44,748 nt of DNA from a bacterium. Lineage in GTDB: Bacteria; Hydrothermota; Tepidihabitantia; Tepidihabitantales; Tepidihabitantaceae. Position numbers and translations under genes: made by a program. The notes beneath the pieces were generated by a model. That model saw only the letters and a list, made by a program, of their open reading frames with translations, was not told the origin of the DNA and ran no database searches. Below, piece after piece: positions 9,654-18,392 of the stretch (its first letter is position 1; each line of letters begins with the position of its first letter). Location of the stretch: contig JAWOHE010000062.1 in the NCBI GenBank assembly GCA_046485285.1, positions 1 to 44,748 of the forward strand, in the 5' to 3' direction.

Positions 9654-10355
9654 ATGCCGCGAACCCCTGACGTCGCGAGCTCCCCGGCCCACGTCGCGAT
9701 CATAATGGACGGCAACGGCCGCTGGGCGAGGCAGCGCGGCCTGCCCCGCGCCGTCGGCCACCGCGAGGGCGCGAAGACGCTACACGAAATCGTCAAGGCA
9801 TCGGCCGAGCTCGGCATCGGCTGGCTCACCGTCTACACCTTCTCGACCGAGAACTGGCGGCGGCCGGTAACCGAAGTCAGGGGCCTGATGAAGCTGATGG
9901 CCGAGCGCGCCCGGGCCGAGCAGCCCGGCCTCATCCGGAACAACGTCCGGGTCCGGGTCATTGGCCGGCTCGACGACATTCCCCCGGCCAGCCGCCGCAA
10001 GCTCGACGACCTCGTCGCCGCGACCGCCGCCTGCACCGGCCTCAACTTCACCCTCGCCATCAGCTACGGCGGCCGGGCTGAAATCCTCGACGCCTGCCAC
10101 CGCGCGGCTGCCTCCGGCCGGCCGCCCGCCGACGAGGACGCTTTCCGGCAACTGCTCTACGACCCGGCGATTCCCGACCCGGACCTGCTCGTCCGAACCG
10201 GCGGCGACCAGCGCATCTCCAACTACCTGCTCTGGCAGCTCGCCTATGCCGAGCTCTACTTCACCGAAACGCTCTGGCCCGACTTCCATCGCGCCGAGCT
10301 CGAGGCCGCCCTCGCCGAGTTCGCCCGGCGCCAGCGCCGGTTCGGCCGGGTCTGA
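9654..10355 (+). CDS. uppS: Undecaprenyl/polyprenyl diphosphate synthase
   Basis: HVAIIMDGNGRWA, FSTENWRRP, RTGGDQRISNYLLWQLAYAE. Confidence 0.97.
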   Translation: MPRTPDVASSPAHVAIIMDGNGRWARQRGLPRAVGHREGAKTLHEIVKASAELGIGWLTVYTFSTENWRRPVTEVRGLMKLMAERARAEQPGLIRNNVRVRVIGRLDDIPPASRRKLDDLVAATAACTGLNFTLAISYGGRAEILDACHRAAASGRPPADEDAFRQLLYDPAIPDPDLLVRTGGDQRISNYLLWQLAYAELYFTETLWPDFHRAELEAALAEFARRQRRFGRV

Positions 10356-10362
10356 GGCAGGT

Positions 10363-11157
10363 ATGCTCAGCAGGATCATCATCGGCACCGCGCTCGGGCT
10401 CGCCGTCTTCCTGCTCGTCTGCTGCGCGCCGTCCACGGTCCTGACGCTCTTCGTCGCGGCCTGGGCGGTCCTCGCCACCCTCGAATTCCTCGGCCTGCTC
10501 AAGCGTGCCGACATCCGGCTCAACCCCTGGCTCATCGGCGCGCTCAACGCCTCGACCGTGATCGCGGCCTGGCTCGGCTGGCTGCCCGGCTACGTCGTCG
10601 CGCCGGTTGCCGTGGTCTTCGTCACCGCGGTGCTCATCCGCTCGCCTCTCCCCCGGGTCCCCGTCTACGGCTCGTTCGCGGTCATCTACCTCGGTCTCCT
10701 GCCCGCCCACCTCATCCTGCTCCGGCAGGCCTCGGACGCAGCCGGCTGCTCGCGCTGGCTCGTCCTCTTCCCGCTCGTCCTGACCTGGACCAACGACACC
10801 GCCGCCTACGCGGTCGGCAAGCTTTTCGGCCGCCGCAAGCTGATGCCCGAGCTCAGCCCGAGGAAAACCCAGGAGGGATTGCTCGCCGGGCTGGCCGCCT
10901 CGGCCATTCTCACCGCGCTCTGGCTTGGCCGGCTCGAGCCCTTCACCGGGCGCGGCTGGGGCTGGCTCGCGCTCCTCGGCGTCGGGCTCGGCGCAATCTC
11001 CCAGGTCGGCGACCTCTTCGAATCCATCTTCAAACGCGCGGTCTCGGTCAAGGACAGCTCGACCGCGCTCCGCGGCCACGGCGGCTTCCTCGACCGCATC
11101 GACAGCCTGCTCTTCACCATCCCGGCCTTCTACTGGCTGCTCCGGCTCTACCTGTGA
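10363..11157 (+). CDS. cdsA: Phosphatidate cytidylyltransferase
   Basis: NDTAAY, SPRKTQEG, GDLFESIFKR...KDS...GHGGFLDRIDS. Confidence 0.95.
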   Translation: MLSRIIIGTALGLAVFLLVCCAPSTVLTLFVAAWAVLATLEFLGLLKRADIRLNPWLIGALNASTVIAAWLGWLPGYVVAPVAVVFVTAVLIRSPLPRVPVYGSFAVIYLGLLPAHLILLRQASDAAGCSRWLVLFPLVLTWTNDTAAYAVGKLFGRRKLMPELSPRKTQEGLLAGLAASAILTALWLGRLEPFTGRGWGWLALLGVGLGAISQVGDLFESIFKRAVSVKDSSTALRGHGGFLDRIDSLLFTIPAFYWLLRLYL

Positions 11158-12185
11158 AACTCACCGACCCAATCCTCGGTCACCCGGACCTCGAGCTCGG
11201 GTACCTCGCCTTCGACTCCCTCGGCGTCAAGGGCGCCTGCGTCCGGGTGACGACGCCCGACCTCACCATCGTCGTCGACCCCGGCGCCTCGCTCGAGGGT
11301 GACAACTTCCCACTCCCGGCCGCCGAGCAGTCCAGGCTCCTCGGCGAGCGACTCGACGCCTGCCGCCGGGCCGCGGCCGGCGCGCAGGCGCTCGTCATCT
11401 CGCACTACCACCTCGACCACTTCATCGACAACCGCGACCCGGAACTCTACGGCGGCAAGATCCTGCTCATCAAGGACCCGGACGACCTGCCCCCGAAGCA
11501 GGCCGCCCGCGCTGACACCTTCCTCCGCACCATCGACGGCCTGCCGAAGGAGGTCATCACCTGCGACGGCCGGTCCTTCAGTTTCGGCCGGACGACCATC
11601 AGCTTCTCCAAACCCGTGCCCCACGGCGCGACCGGCCCGGGCACGGACGGCGGCCGGATGCCCGCGCCCGGCACGGTCGTGATGACCACGGTCCGGAGCG
11701 GCCGGGAATCGATAACCCTGTCCTCCGACGTCTGCGGCCCGGCCGAAGAAGCCACCGCCGAACTCATCTGCGCCGGCAAGCCCCGCACCGTCGTCCTCGA
11801 CGGCTACCCCACCCACGTCCTCGGCCAGTACGAGACCGACCTCGACCTGGTTCGGAGCGTCATCAACGCCTGCCGCATCCTCCACGTCCGGTCGGTCCGC
11901 ACCCTCGTCCTCGACCACCACCACTGCCGCGACTACCGCTACCCGGCGTTCTACCGGCTCGTCTACGAACGGGCCGCCCGGCTCAAGAAGCGCTTCGGCA
12001 CGGTCGCCGAACTCGCGGGCGGGACGAGCGCGGTCCTGCGCGGGTACCAGGACTACGGCCCGACCCGGTGGAGAAAGTGGCAGCCGCTCGACCTCGAACA
12101 GGCCCGCCGGGTCATCGACCGCGCGGTCGCCGAGCGCAAGGCCGACCCGGCGATCCTCAAAGACCTCGACCGCTGGGTCGTCTGA
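11154..12185 (+). CDS. Metallo-beta-lactamase-fold hydrolase, UPF0282-like
   Basis: LAFDSLGVK, DPGASL, ISHYHLDH, PHG, SSDV, LDHHHCRD. Confidence 0.8.
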   Translation: MKLTDPILGHPDLELGYLAFDSLGVKGACVRVTTPDLTIVVDPGASLEGDNFPLPAAEQSRLLGERLDACRRAAAGAQALVISHYHLDHFIDNRDPELYGGKILLIKDPDDLPPKQAARADTFLRTIDGLPKEVITCDGRSFSFGRTTISFSKPVPHGATGPGTDGGRMPAPGTVVMTTVRSGRESITLSSDVCGPAEEATAELICAGKPRTVVLDGYPTHVLGQYETDLDLVRSVINACRILHVRSVRTLVLDHHHCRDYRYPAFYRLVYERAARLKKRFGTVAELAGGTSAVLRGYQDYGPTRWRKWQPLDLEQARRVIDRAVAERKADPAILKDLDRWVV

Positions 12186-12204
12186 CCGACCGCTCAGCGC
12201 GGAC

Positions 12205-12343
12205 TTGACAGCGCCGGGCCGGGAGGGCACAATAGGCTCGATGAAGAGACCGGTCGGCCCGATACTGACAGGGCCGGGAGTTCAGTAGTGCAACCTTCGA
12301 ACCTGCCGAGGGTCTTTGACTGCCGGGAGTACTGGAGCAACTG
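12205..12343 (+). promoter_or_regulatory. Promoter, 15-codon uORF (12241-12288) and structured leader
   Basis: TTGACA-17-CACAAT-7nt-ATG; stems cggccc/gggccg, accttcg/cgagggt, ttcagta/tactgga. Confidence 0.5.
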
Positions 12344-12769
12344 ATGGAAATCTCACCTGCCGAGAAGAAGCGTCGTGCCAAGCTGTCGATCCAGATGAAG
12401 AAGCTGTGGCAGGACCCCGAATTCCGCAAGCTGATGTCCCGCGACCACCCGACCGGTCCCCTGTCCGAACGGGGGCGGAGGCGGCTCTCCAGGCAGATGA
12501 AGAAACGGTGGCAGGACCCGGTTTACCGGGCCGACATCATCAGCAAGTACCGGGCGACCAACCCCTTCATCTGGCACGAAGCCGAGCTCGCCATCGGCGA
12601 GAAGTGGGCCAAGCGCACCGTGCGCCACTCGCTCAAGAACCCGCAGTGGACGGTCATCGACGCCGCGCGGCATATGATGATTGAAATCGACGAAGCCGGC
12701 CTCCGGCGCCGCTCGGTCGGCGCCTGCGAGCGCGTGATAACCGAAAAGCGCGTCAAGTACCTGCGCTGA
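12344..12769 (+). CDS. Basic hypothetical protein with two MKKxWQDPxxR repeats
   Basis: SD GGAG, 141 aa, typical codon usage, LSIQMKKLWQDPEFR and LSRQMKKRWQDPVYR. Confidence 0.75.
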   Translation: MEISPAEKKRRAKLSIQMKKLWQDPEFRKLMSRDHPTGPLSERGRRRLSRQMKKRWQDPVYRADIISKYRATNPFIWHEAELAIGEKWAKRTVRHSLKNPQWTVIDAARHMMIEIDEAGLRRRSVGACERVITEKRVKYLR

Positions 12770-12806
12770 CCCGCCGCACCACTGACCCGCCCGGCCCGGT
12801 CCGGTA

Positions 12807-12834
12807 TTGACAGACCCGACCCGACCGTTACGAT
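12807..12834 (+). promoter_or_regulatory. Promoter reading into the repeat element
   Basis: TTGACA-16-TACGAT, ATG 7 nt downstream at 12842. Confidence 0.6.
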
Positions 12835-12908
12835 CGAGACGATGAGGAGACAGCCCAAGTCAGAGGGAGACGCGATTCTGCTTGTGTCCATGAATCTCCC
12901 GAGTCACC

Positions 12909-13345
12909 CGCCATCCGGCCGCTCGTCCGGGGCACCAGCCAAGCCGCCTGCCCGGGAACCGGCCAAGCGCCTCTCCTGAGCGCCGCCCAAGTGCCCTGCC
13001 CGGCCGCTAGCCTGGCGCCTTCCCGGTACGCTAGCCAAGCCACCTACCAGGCGGCCTGCCGGGGGCTCCGGGAGGACGGCCAGGTGTGCGGGTGGCGGGC
13101 GAGCTGTGACACCGGACAGCCCGGCAGTAAGTGCCCTGTACGCGGAATCCGGGTAGCTCGCGCCCCGGGCGCAATCTGGCTCAGGGGGACGGGCTGGGAC
13201 CGGCGAAGTCGAAGTCGTCGAGCCAACCCACGGTGGGGACTGCGGTTTGCGCGGTGGCAGCAGCGCTCCGGGAGATATCCCCGGGACGGTTCCCGGGGCC
13301 GCTGGGGGAAAGCAACTGGGGGTGGGGATCGCAGCGGTATCTCGA
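12909..13345 (+). repeat. Dispersed non-coding element, copy 1
   Basis: Colinear with 43245-43801; core 13073-13272 about 84% identical by hand alignment. Confidence 0.9.
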
Positions 13346-13385
13346 GCGGCTTGACTCGCACCAATACTCAGGCTATAAAACCATT

Positions 13386-15665
13386 GTGGTTACGCGGCCG
13401 CCCCGGCGCCGGATGCGTTTCGGCATCCAGGAACGGCTCGTGCTCTGGCTCCTCGCCTTCGGCGTCCTGCCGGTCGCCGGCACCTCGATACTCGGCTACT
13501 GGCTGATGTCGCGCACCGCAGTCCGAGCAGCGGGAAACCGGCTGACCGCGGTCGCGGAACGGCTCGCCGGTTCGGTCGACAGCGAGCTCCGCGGGCTGGT
13601 CCATGACATCGGCGGTGCCGACCCTGGCTTCACCGCTCTCGCGCCGCGGCTCACGGTCCGGGCCGGGCCTGACCCCGACGACTCCGCCGCGCTAGCCGCC
13701 GCTCTCGCCCACCCGATCGTCCCCGAGCTCGAGCGCATCCGCCGGCGCGCACCGACCCGCTACGAGCAGGTCGCCGTCGCCGACGCGCGCGGCGTCGTCA
13801 TCGCCTCGACCCACCCGGTGACGCGCCTCGCCGCGGCCGGCGAGGACTGGTGGCGACTTGCCTGGAACCGTGGACAGGGCGCCAGCTACCTCGGCCGCCT
13901 GCTCCGGGACGCGGACTCGCCGGCACCTAGCATCACCATCGCCCTGCCGGTCCGCGACCGGGCCGGACGGACGGTCGGCGTGCTCAGGGTCGTCGCCAAC
14001 CTCGCTGGCCTAGCCGAGGCGTTCGAGGACGTGACGATCGGCGCGACCGGCATCGCGACGATGACCTCCGGCTTCGGCGACCTGCTCCTGTCGTCGGCCT
14101 ACGCGACCGACCGCGTCCCGGCCGTTAGCGCCACCCGCCGCCAGCGACTGGCGACGAGCCGGCCGACCTGGTACTCGGGCCGCGGCCTGCTCGGCCGGGC
14201 ATCGGTCATCGCCTTCGCGCCGGTCCGGGCGACCGCCGGCCAGTCGAGCTTCGGCGGGACGAACTGGGTCGTCACCGTCGAGCAGGACCGGGCCGAGGTC
14301 CTCGCCCCGACAATCCAGTTCAGCAACCTCGCCACCGGTATCGGCCTGCTCATCGCCGCCGGCGTGATTGTCGTCGGGCTCTTCCTCAGCGAGCGCATTG
14401 CCCGCCCCCTGCTCGACCTCCGCAACGGCGCCCGGCGCATCGGCGCCGGCGAGCTCGATCTCCGGCTCGACGTCGCCACCGGCGACGAGATCGAGGACCT
14501 GGCCGGTGAGTTCAACGCGATGGCCGCTCGGCTCGGCGAGTCCCGCCGCGGGCTCGAGGACCGGGTGCGCGCGGCGACCGCCGAGCTCGCCCGGGAGCAC
14601 GGTGCGCTTCAGGCCATCGTCGCCGCGCTCGGCGAGGGCCTGATGGTCATCAGCCCGGAGCGCCGCATCGTGATGTGGAACCGGGCCGCCGAACAGTTGA
14701 CCGGCTTCCCGGCCGCCGAGGTCATTGGCCGGCCGTGCTCCGAGGTCCTCCGCGCCCGGGACGACTCGACCGAGTCGCTCTGCCAGGACCGCTGCCCGGC
14801 CCGGACCGCGCTCGAACGGGGAAGGGCGGTCAAGAGCATCGACCTCTCGACGACAATCGCCCGGAAGGACGGCCACCGCCTGCCGGTCACGGTCTCAGCC
14901 GCTCCGGTCGTCGACCGCGACGGCCGGGACCAGGGCTGTGTCGTCGTCCTGCACGACGTCACCCGCGAGCGGGAGATCGACCGGCTCAAGTCCGAGATGG
15001 TCTCGACCGTGTCCCACGAGCTGCGCTCGCCGCTGAACTCGGTCATCGGGTTCGCGGACCTGCTCGACACCCCCGGCCTGCCGGCGGAGAAACGCCGCCA
15101 GTACACCCGGTTCATCGTCAGTGAGGGCCGCCGGCTGGAACGGATGGTCGACGACTTCCTGACCCTGTCCCGGATCGAGGCGGGCCGGTTCGAGCTGGCG
15201 TTCAAGAACGTCGACCTGCGCGAGCTCGTCGACGGGCTCTTCGCGGTCGAGGCCGGCGCCAACCCGCGCCACCTGCTGAGCTGTGACATTCCGCCCGGCT
15301 TCCCGGCCGTCCGGGCCGACCGCGAGCGCATCCGGCGCGCGCTCCACAACCTCATCACCAACGCGATCAAGTACTCGCCCGACGGCGGCCCGGTCACGGT
15401 CTCGGCCGAGGCACGCGACGGCTGGTTCGAAATCTCGGTCCGCGACCGCGGGATCGGGATAAGGAAGGAAGACCTCGACAAGCTGTTCCACCGCTTCCAG
15501 CGCGTCGGACGGCAGGATCGGCCCGACATCCCGGGCACCGGGCTCGGGCTCGCGATCACCGCCGGCATCGTCCGCGAGCACGGCGGCGAGGTCCGGGTCG
15601 AGTCGGAGCACGGCCAGGGCTCGGTCTTCACGATCCGGCTGCCCGCGAACCGACCCGCGGCCTGA
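13386..15665 (+). CDS. Sensor histidine kinase (Cache-like, HAMP, PAS, HisKA, HATPase)
   Basis: Two TM segments, DEIEDLAGEFNAM, WNRAAEQLTG, VSHELRSPL, NAIKYS, DRGIG, GTGLGL; GTG 13386 follows TTGACT-17-TATAAA (ATG 13413 is an alternative). Confidence 0.93.
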   Translation: MVTRPPRRRMRFGIQERLVLWLLAFGVLPVAGTSILGYWLMSRTAVRAAGNRLTAVAERLAGSVDSELRGLVHDIGGADPGFTALAPRLTVRAGPDPDDSAALAAALAHPIVPELERIRRRAPTRYEQVAVADARGVVIASTHPVTRLAAAGEDWWRLAWNRGQGASYLGRLLRDADSPAPSITIALPVRDRAGRTVGVLRVVANLAGLAEAFEDVTIGATGIATMTSGFGDLLLSSAYATDRVPAVSATRRQRLATSRPTWYSGRGLLGRASVIAFAPVRATAGQSSFGGTNWVVTVEQDRAEVLAPTIQFSNLATGIGLLIAAGVIVVGLFLSERIARPLLDLRNGARRIGAGELDLRLDVATGDEIEDLAGEFNAMAARLGESRRGLEDRVRAATAELAREHGALQAIVAALGEGLMVISPERRIVMWNRAAEQLTGFPAAEVIGRPCSEVLRARDDSTESLCQDRCPARTALERGRAVKSIDLSTTIARKDGHRLPVTVSAAPVVDRDGRDQGCVVVLHDVTREREIDRLKSEMVSTVSHELRSPLNSVIGFADLLDTPGLPAEKRRQYTRFIVSEGRRLERMVDDFLTLSRIEAGRFELAFKNVDLRELVDGLFAVEAGANPRHLLSCDIPPGFPAVRADRERIRRALHNLITNAIKYSPDGGPVTVSAEARDGWFEISVRDRGIGIRKEDLDKLFHRFQRVGRQDRPDIPGTGLGLAITAGIVREHGGEVRVESEHGQGSVFTIRLPANRPAA

Positions 15666-15679
15666 ATCGCCCGGCGTCC

Positions 15680-15812
15680 TTGACTTGCCGGCCCGGTCTT
15701 CTATGATGCCCGGTAGCAGGTCCCCTGCCCGACTCGACCGCGGCCGGCCGGGCCCGGCGCGCGGCAGGGAGAAACCGGCACGTCGCCTCATCTGCACCAA
15801 GGAGGAAGACCG
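15680..15812 (+). promoter_or_regulatory. Promoter and about 100-nt structured leader of the thiolase-like gene
   Basis: TTGACT-16-TATGAT; nested stems; SD AAGGAGG. Confidence 0.55.
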
Positions 15813-17195
15813 ATGATCAAGTTCAAGAAGGGGAACCTGCGGGTTCCCAGGTTCCAGCGCCCGGTCTACATGGTCGCGGCCGGAACCACCGACTACCGGA
15901 AGAAGTACCCGGAGTACAAACTCGAGGAGCTCGTGATGATGGGCTTCCGGATGATGCTCGAGGAGAACGACCTCAGGCTGTCGCCGCTCGAGGTCAGGGG
16001 GCTCATCAACATGGCGGTGTACGGCGAGTTCGCCGACCACTTCCAGGACCAGCTCCTCTGCGAAGCCAAGATCCACGACTACCTCGGCCTCGACCCGCTG
16101 CCCAACGTCGGCATCAAGACCGGCGGCGCGACCGGCGGCTACGCGACGCTCATCGGCGCCAGCACGATCGCCTCGGGCTACTCGAACTGCACGCTCGTCA
16201 CCGGCTGGGAGCGGATGGACGAGGTCGACACCCGCACCGGCAACTTCTACATCTCGACCGCGGCCTGCAAGGACTTCGAGACCCGGCTCGCCCGGATGTA
16301 CGCGGCGTACTACGCGCCGATGGCGCGCCGCTTCGCCGACGTCTACAAGGTCAGCGAGGAGATCCGGGCGAAGATCGCGGTCAAGAACCGGCTCTACGCC
16401 TGCTCCTCGCCCTTCGCCCAGAACCCGGGCAAACACACCGTCGAGGAAGTGCTGGGCGGCCGGATCGCCTGCGACCCGCTGCGGATGCTCGAGTGCTGCG
16501 TGATGAGCGTCGGCTCGGCGTCGATACTGCTCTGCGACGAGGAGACCGCCTACAGGCTCAGCGACCATCCGATGCGCCTGCACATCTGCGGCGGCACCCA
16601 CACCCTCCGCGTCGCCGACCGGCGCGATATGGAGGTCCCGCTCCTGCCCAACGAGAAGGAAGGCCAGTACGACTTCATGAAGGATATGAAGGAGCCCTTC
16701 CCGGGCTTCCAGAGCTTCCTCGCCTCGCGCTTCGCCGCCTACATGGCGTACCGGATGGCCGGCATCAACGGCGACCCCTGCGAAGAGCTCGACCTCGTCG
16801 AGCTCCACGACGCCTTCACGATCTCCGATCTCCAGACCTATGGCGACATCGGCCTGCGGCCCTACGGCAAGGAAGAGGAGTACATCACCTCGGGCGACGC
16901 CTACTACGGCGGGCGCTGCCCGTCGAACCTCTCCGGCGGCCTGCTCGGGACGATGCACGCGGTCGGCGCGACCGGGATCTTCCAGGGCGCCGAGTGCTTC
17001 TGGCAGCTCCAGAACAAGTACGACAAGTTCCACGGCGAGCCGAAGATGTGGGAGCGGTTCGGCAAGAAGAAACCCGCCGACTGGCAGTCGCTGCAGATAC
17101 CGAAGCGCCGCCGGGCGCTCTGGATTTCCCACGCCGGCGTCGGCTCCCACGTCACCTGCGGCATCCTTGAGAATCCCGCGGAAGTCGGGAAGTAG
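15813..17195 (+). CDS. Thiolase-domain protein, archaeal SCP2-like type, lacking canonical catalytic Cys
   Basis: TGGATGG, AKIAVKN, ELHDAFT, NLSGGLLGTMHAVGATG, SHAGVG. Confidence 0.88.
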   Translation: MIKFKKGNLRVPRFQRPVYMVAAGTTDYRKKYPEYKLEELVMMGFRMMLEENDLRLSPLEVRGLINMAVYGEFADHFQDQLLCEAKIHDYLGLDPLPNVGIKTGGATGGYATLIGASTIASGYSNCTLVTGWERMDEVDTRTGNFYISTAACKDFETRLARMYAAYYAPMARRFADVYKVSEEIRAKIAVKNRLYACSSPFAQNPGKHTVEEVLGGRIACDPLRMLECCVMSVGSASILLCDEETAYRLSDHPMRLHICGGTHTLRVADRRDMEVPLLPNEKEGQYDFMKDMKEPFPGFQSFLASRFAAYMAYRMAGINGDPCEELDLVELHDAFTISDLQTYGDIGLRPYGKEEEYITSGDAYYGGRCPSNLSGGLLGTMHAVGATGIFQGAECFWQLQNKYDKFHGEPKMWERFGKKKPADWQSLQIPKRRRALWISHAGVGSHVTCGILENPAEVGK

Positions 17196-17204
17196 GAGGC
17201 GACG

Positions 17205-17708
17205 ATGTCAGTGAGCAAACTGCCCGGACACGAAGTCCACTTCACCGGCGAGCCCGCCGAGGTCTACAACAAAAAGCCGCTGGCCTTCAAGTGGCCCCGG
17301 ACGCTGGTGCACTATCACACCTACGGCCTGCTCGCGCCGTTCTTCGATGGCCTCAAGAAGGGCGTCCTGCGCGCGACGAAGTGCCCGACCGCCGGCTGCG
17401 AGAAGGGCCTCTGGCTGCCGCCCCGCGCCGACTGCCCGGACTGCCTCGCCCGGATGGAGTGGGTCGACCTGCCCAACCCGGTCATCGGCGAGGTGTTCAC
17501 GTTCACCCACGTCGAGTACCCCGGCCACGGCGTCGAACTCAGCTACCCATACTACCAGATCGACGTCAGGATACCGGGCTGCTGCACGGTGATGAAGGGC
17601 TACCTCGTCCGGGGCAAGGCGAAGATCGGGATGAAGGTCAAGGCCGGCTTCCGCACCAAGGAGCCGACCAACACCATCTTCGACCTGTTCTGGGAGCCGG
17701 CCGAGTAG
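17205..17708 (+). CDS. DUF35 Zn-ribbon/OB-fold protein
   Basis: KCPTAGC...PPRADCPDC, GEVFTFT, IGMKVKAGF; adjacent to thiolase. Confidence 0.88.
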   Translation: MSVSKLPGHEVHFTGEPAEVYNKKPLAFKWPRTLVHYHTYGLLAPFFDGLKKGVLRATKCPTAGCEKGLWLPPRADCPDCLARMEWVDLPNPVIGEVFTFTHVEYPGHGVELSYPYYQIDVRIPGCCTVMKGYLVRGKAKIGMKVKAGFRTKEPTNTIFDLFWEPAE

Positions 17709-17721
17709 CCGTCTGTTCAAT

Positions 17722-17749
17722 GCGGCGGGGTGGCGCGCCGCCCCGCCGC
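17722..17749 (+). terminator. Terminator-like hairpin
   Basis: gcggcggggtgg-cgcg-ccgccccgccgc after the DUF35 gene; weak U tract. Confidence 0.5.
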
Positions 17750-17784
17750 TTGCCTTGCGGCCCGCATCCGGCTATCATCCGATG

Positions 17785-18381
17785 ATGAAGAAGCAACCTG
17801 AGGTCCGAACCGAGGTGACCTGGTTCCCCCGGCCCGGCCGGGCCTGCACCGCGCGGACGCTGGAACTTGCGCTCGCGCGCGGCCGCGCGCTCGGGCTCCG
17901 GCACTGTGTCGTCGCCTCGACGACCGGCGCGACCGCGCTCAGGCTCGCCCGCCTGCTCCGGGACGGTGAGAAGGCGGTCTGCGTCACCCACCACGTCGGC
18001 TTCCGCGAGCCCGGCAGGTCCGAGCTCTCCGCCGCAATCGAGCGCAGGCTTGCCGCGCTCGGCGTGCCGGTTCTCCGCACGACCCACGCCCTCTCCGGGG
18101 TCGAGCGCGCCGCCCGGCTCCGGTTCGGCGGCCTCGGCCCGGCCGAGACCGTCGCGTGGACCTATCGCACCTTCGGCGAAGGCACCAAGGTCGCGGTCGA
18201 GGTCGCGGTGATGGCGCTCGACGCCGGGCTTGTCGCCCACGGCCCGGAGATCCTCGCCATCGGCGGCACCGGCCGGGGCGCGGACACCGCGCTCGTCATC
18301 CGGCCCGCCCACTCCCGCCAGTTCTTCGATACCTCGGTCCGGGAAGTCGTCTGCAAGCCCCGCGTCCGCGACAGCGACTAG
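17785..18381 (+). CDS. Pyruvate-kinase C-terminal-like alpha/beta protein (COG1751-like)
   Basis: F..PG...T..TLELA..R...LG...VVASTTG.TA, VTHHVGF, GTKVAVE, GGTGRGADTA. Confidence 0.85.
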   Translation: MKKQPEVRTEVTWFPRPGRACTARTLELALARGRALGLRHCVVASTTGATALRLARLLRDGEKAVCVTHHVGFREPGRSELSAAIERRLAALGVPVLRTTHALSGVERAARLRFGGLGPAETVAWTYRTFGEGTKVAVEVAVMALDAGLVAHGPEILAIGGTGRGADTALVIRPAHSRQFFDTSVREVVCKPRVRDSD

Positions 18382-18392
18382 GAGGACTCGAC

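Noticed and set aside
12241-12340. TPP- or SAM-I-like fragments (gaacctg, aagag...ggcccgat...gcaacc)
   Set aside because: Required conserved cores and spacing are missing
13131-13385. 85-aa N-terminal extension of the kinase in the ORF track
   Set aside because: Lies in the repeat element, upstream of the kinase promoter; copy 2 has a stop in this frame
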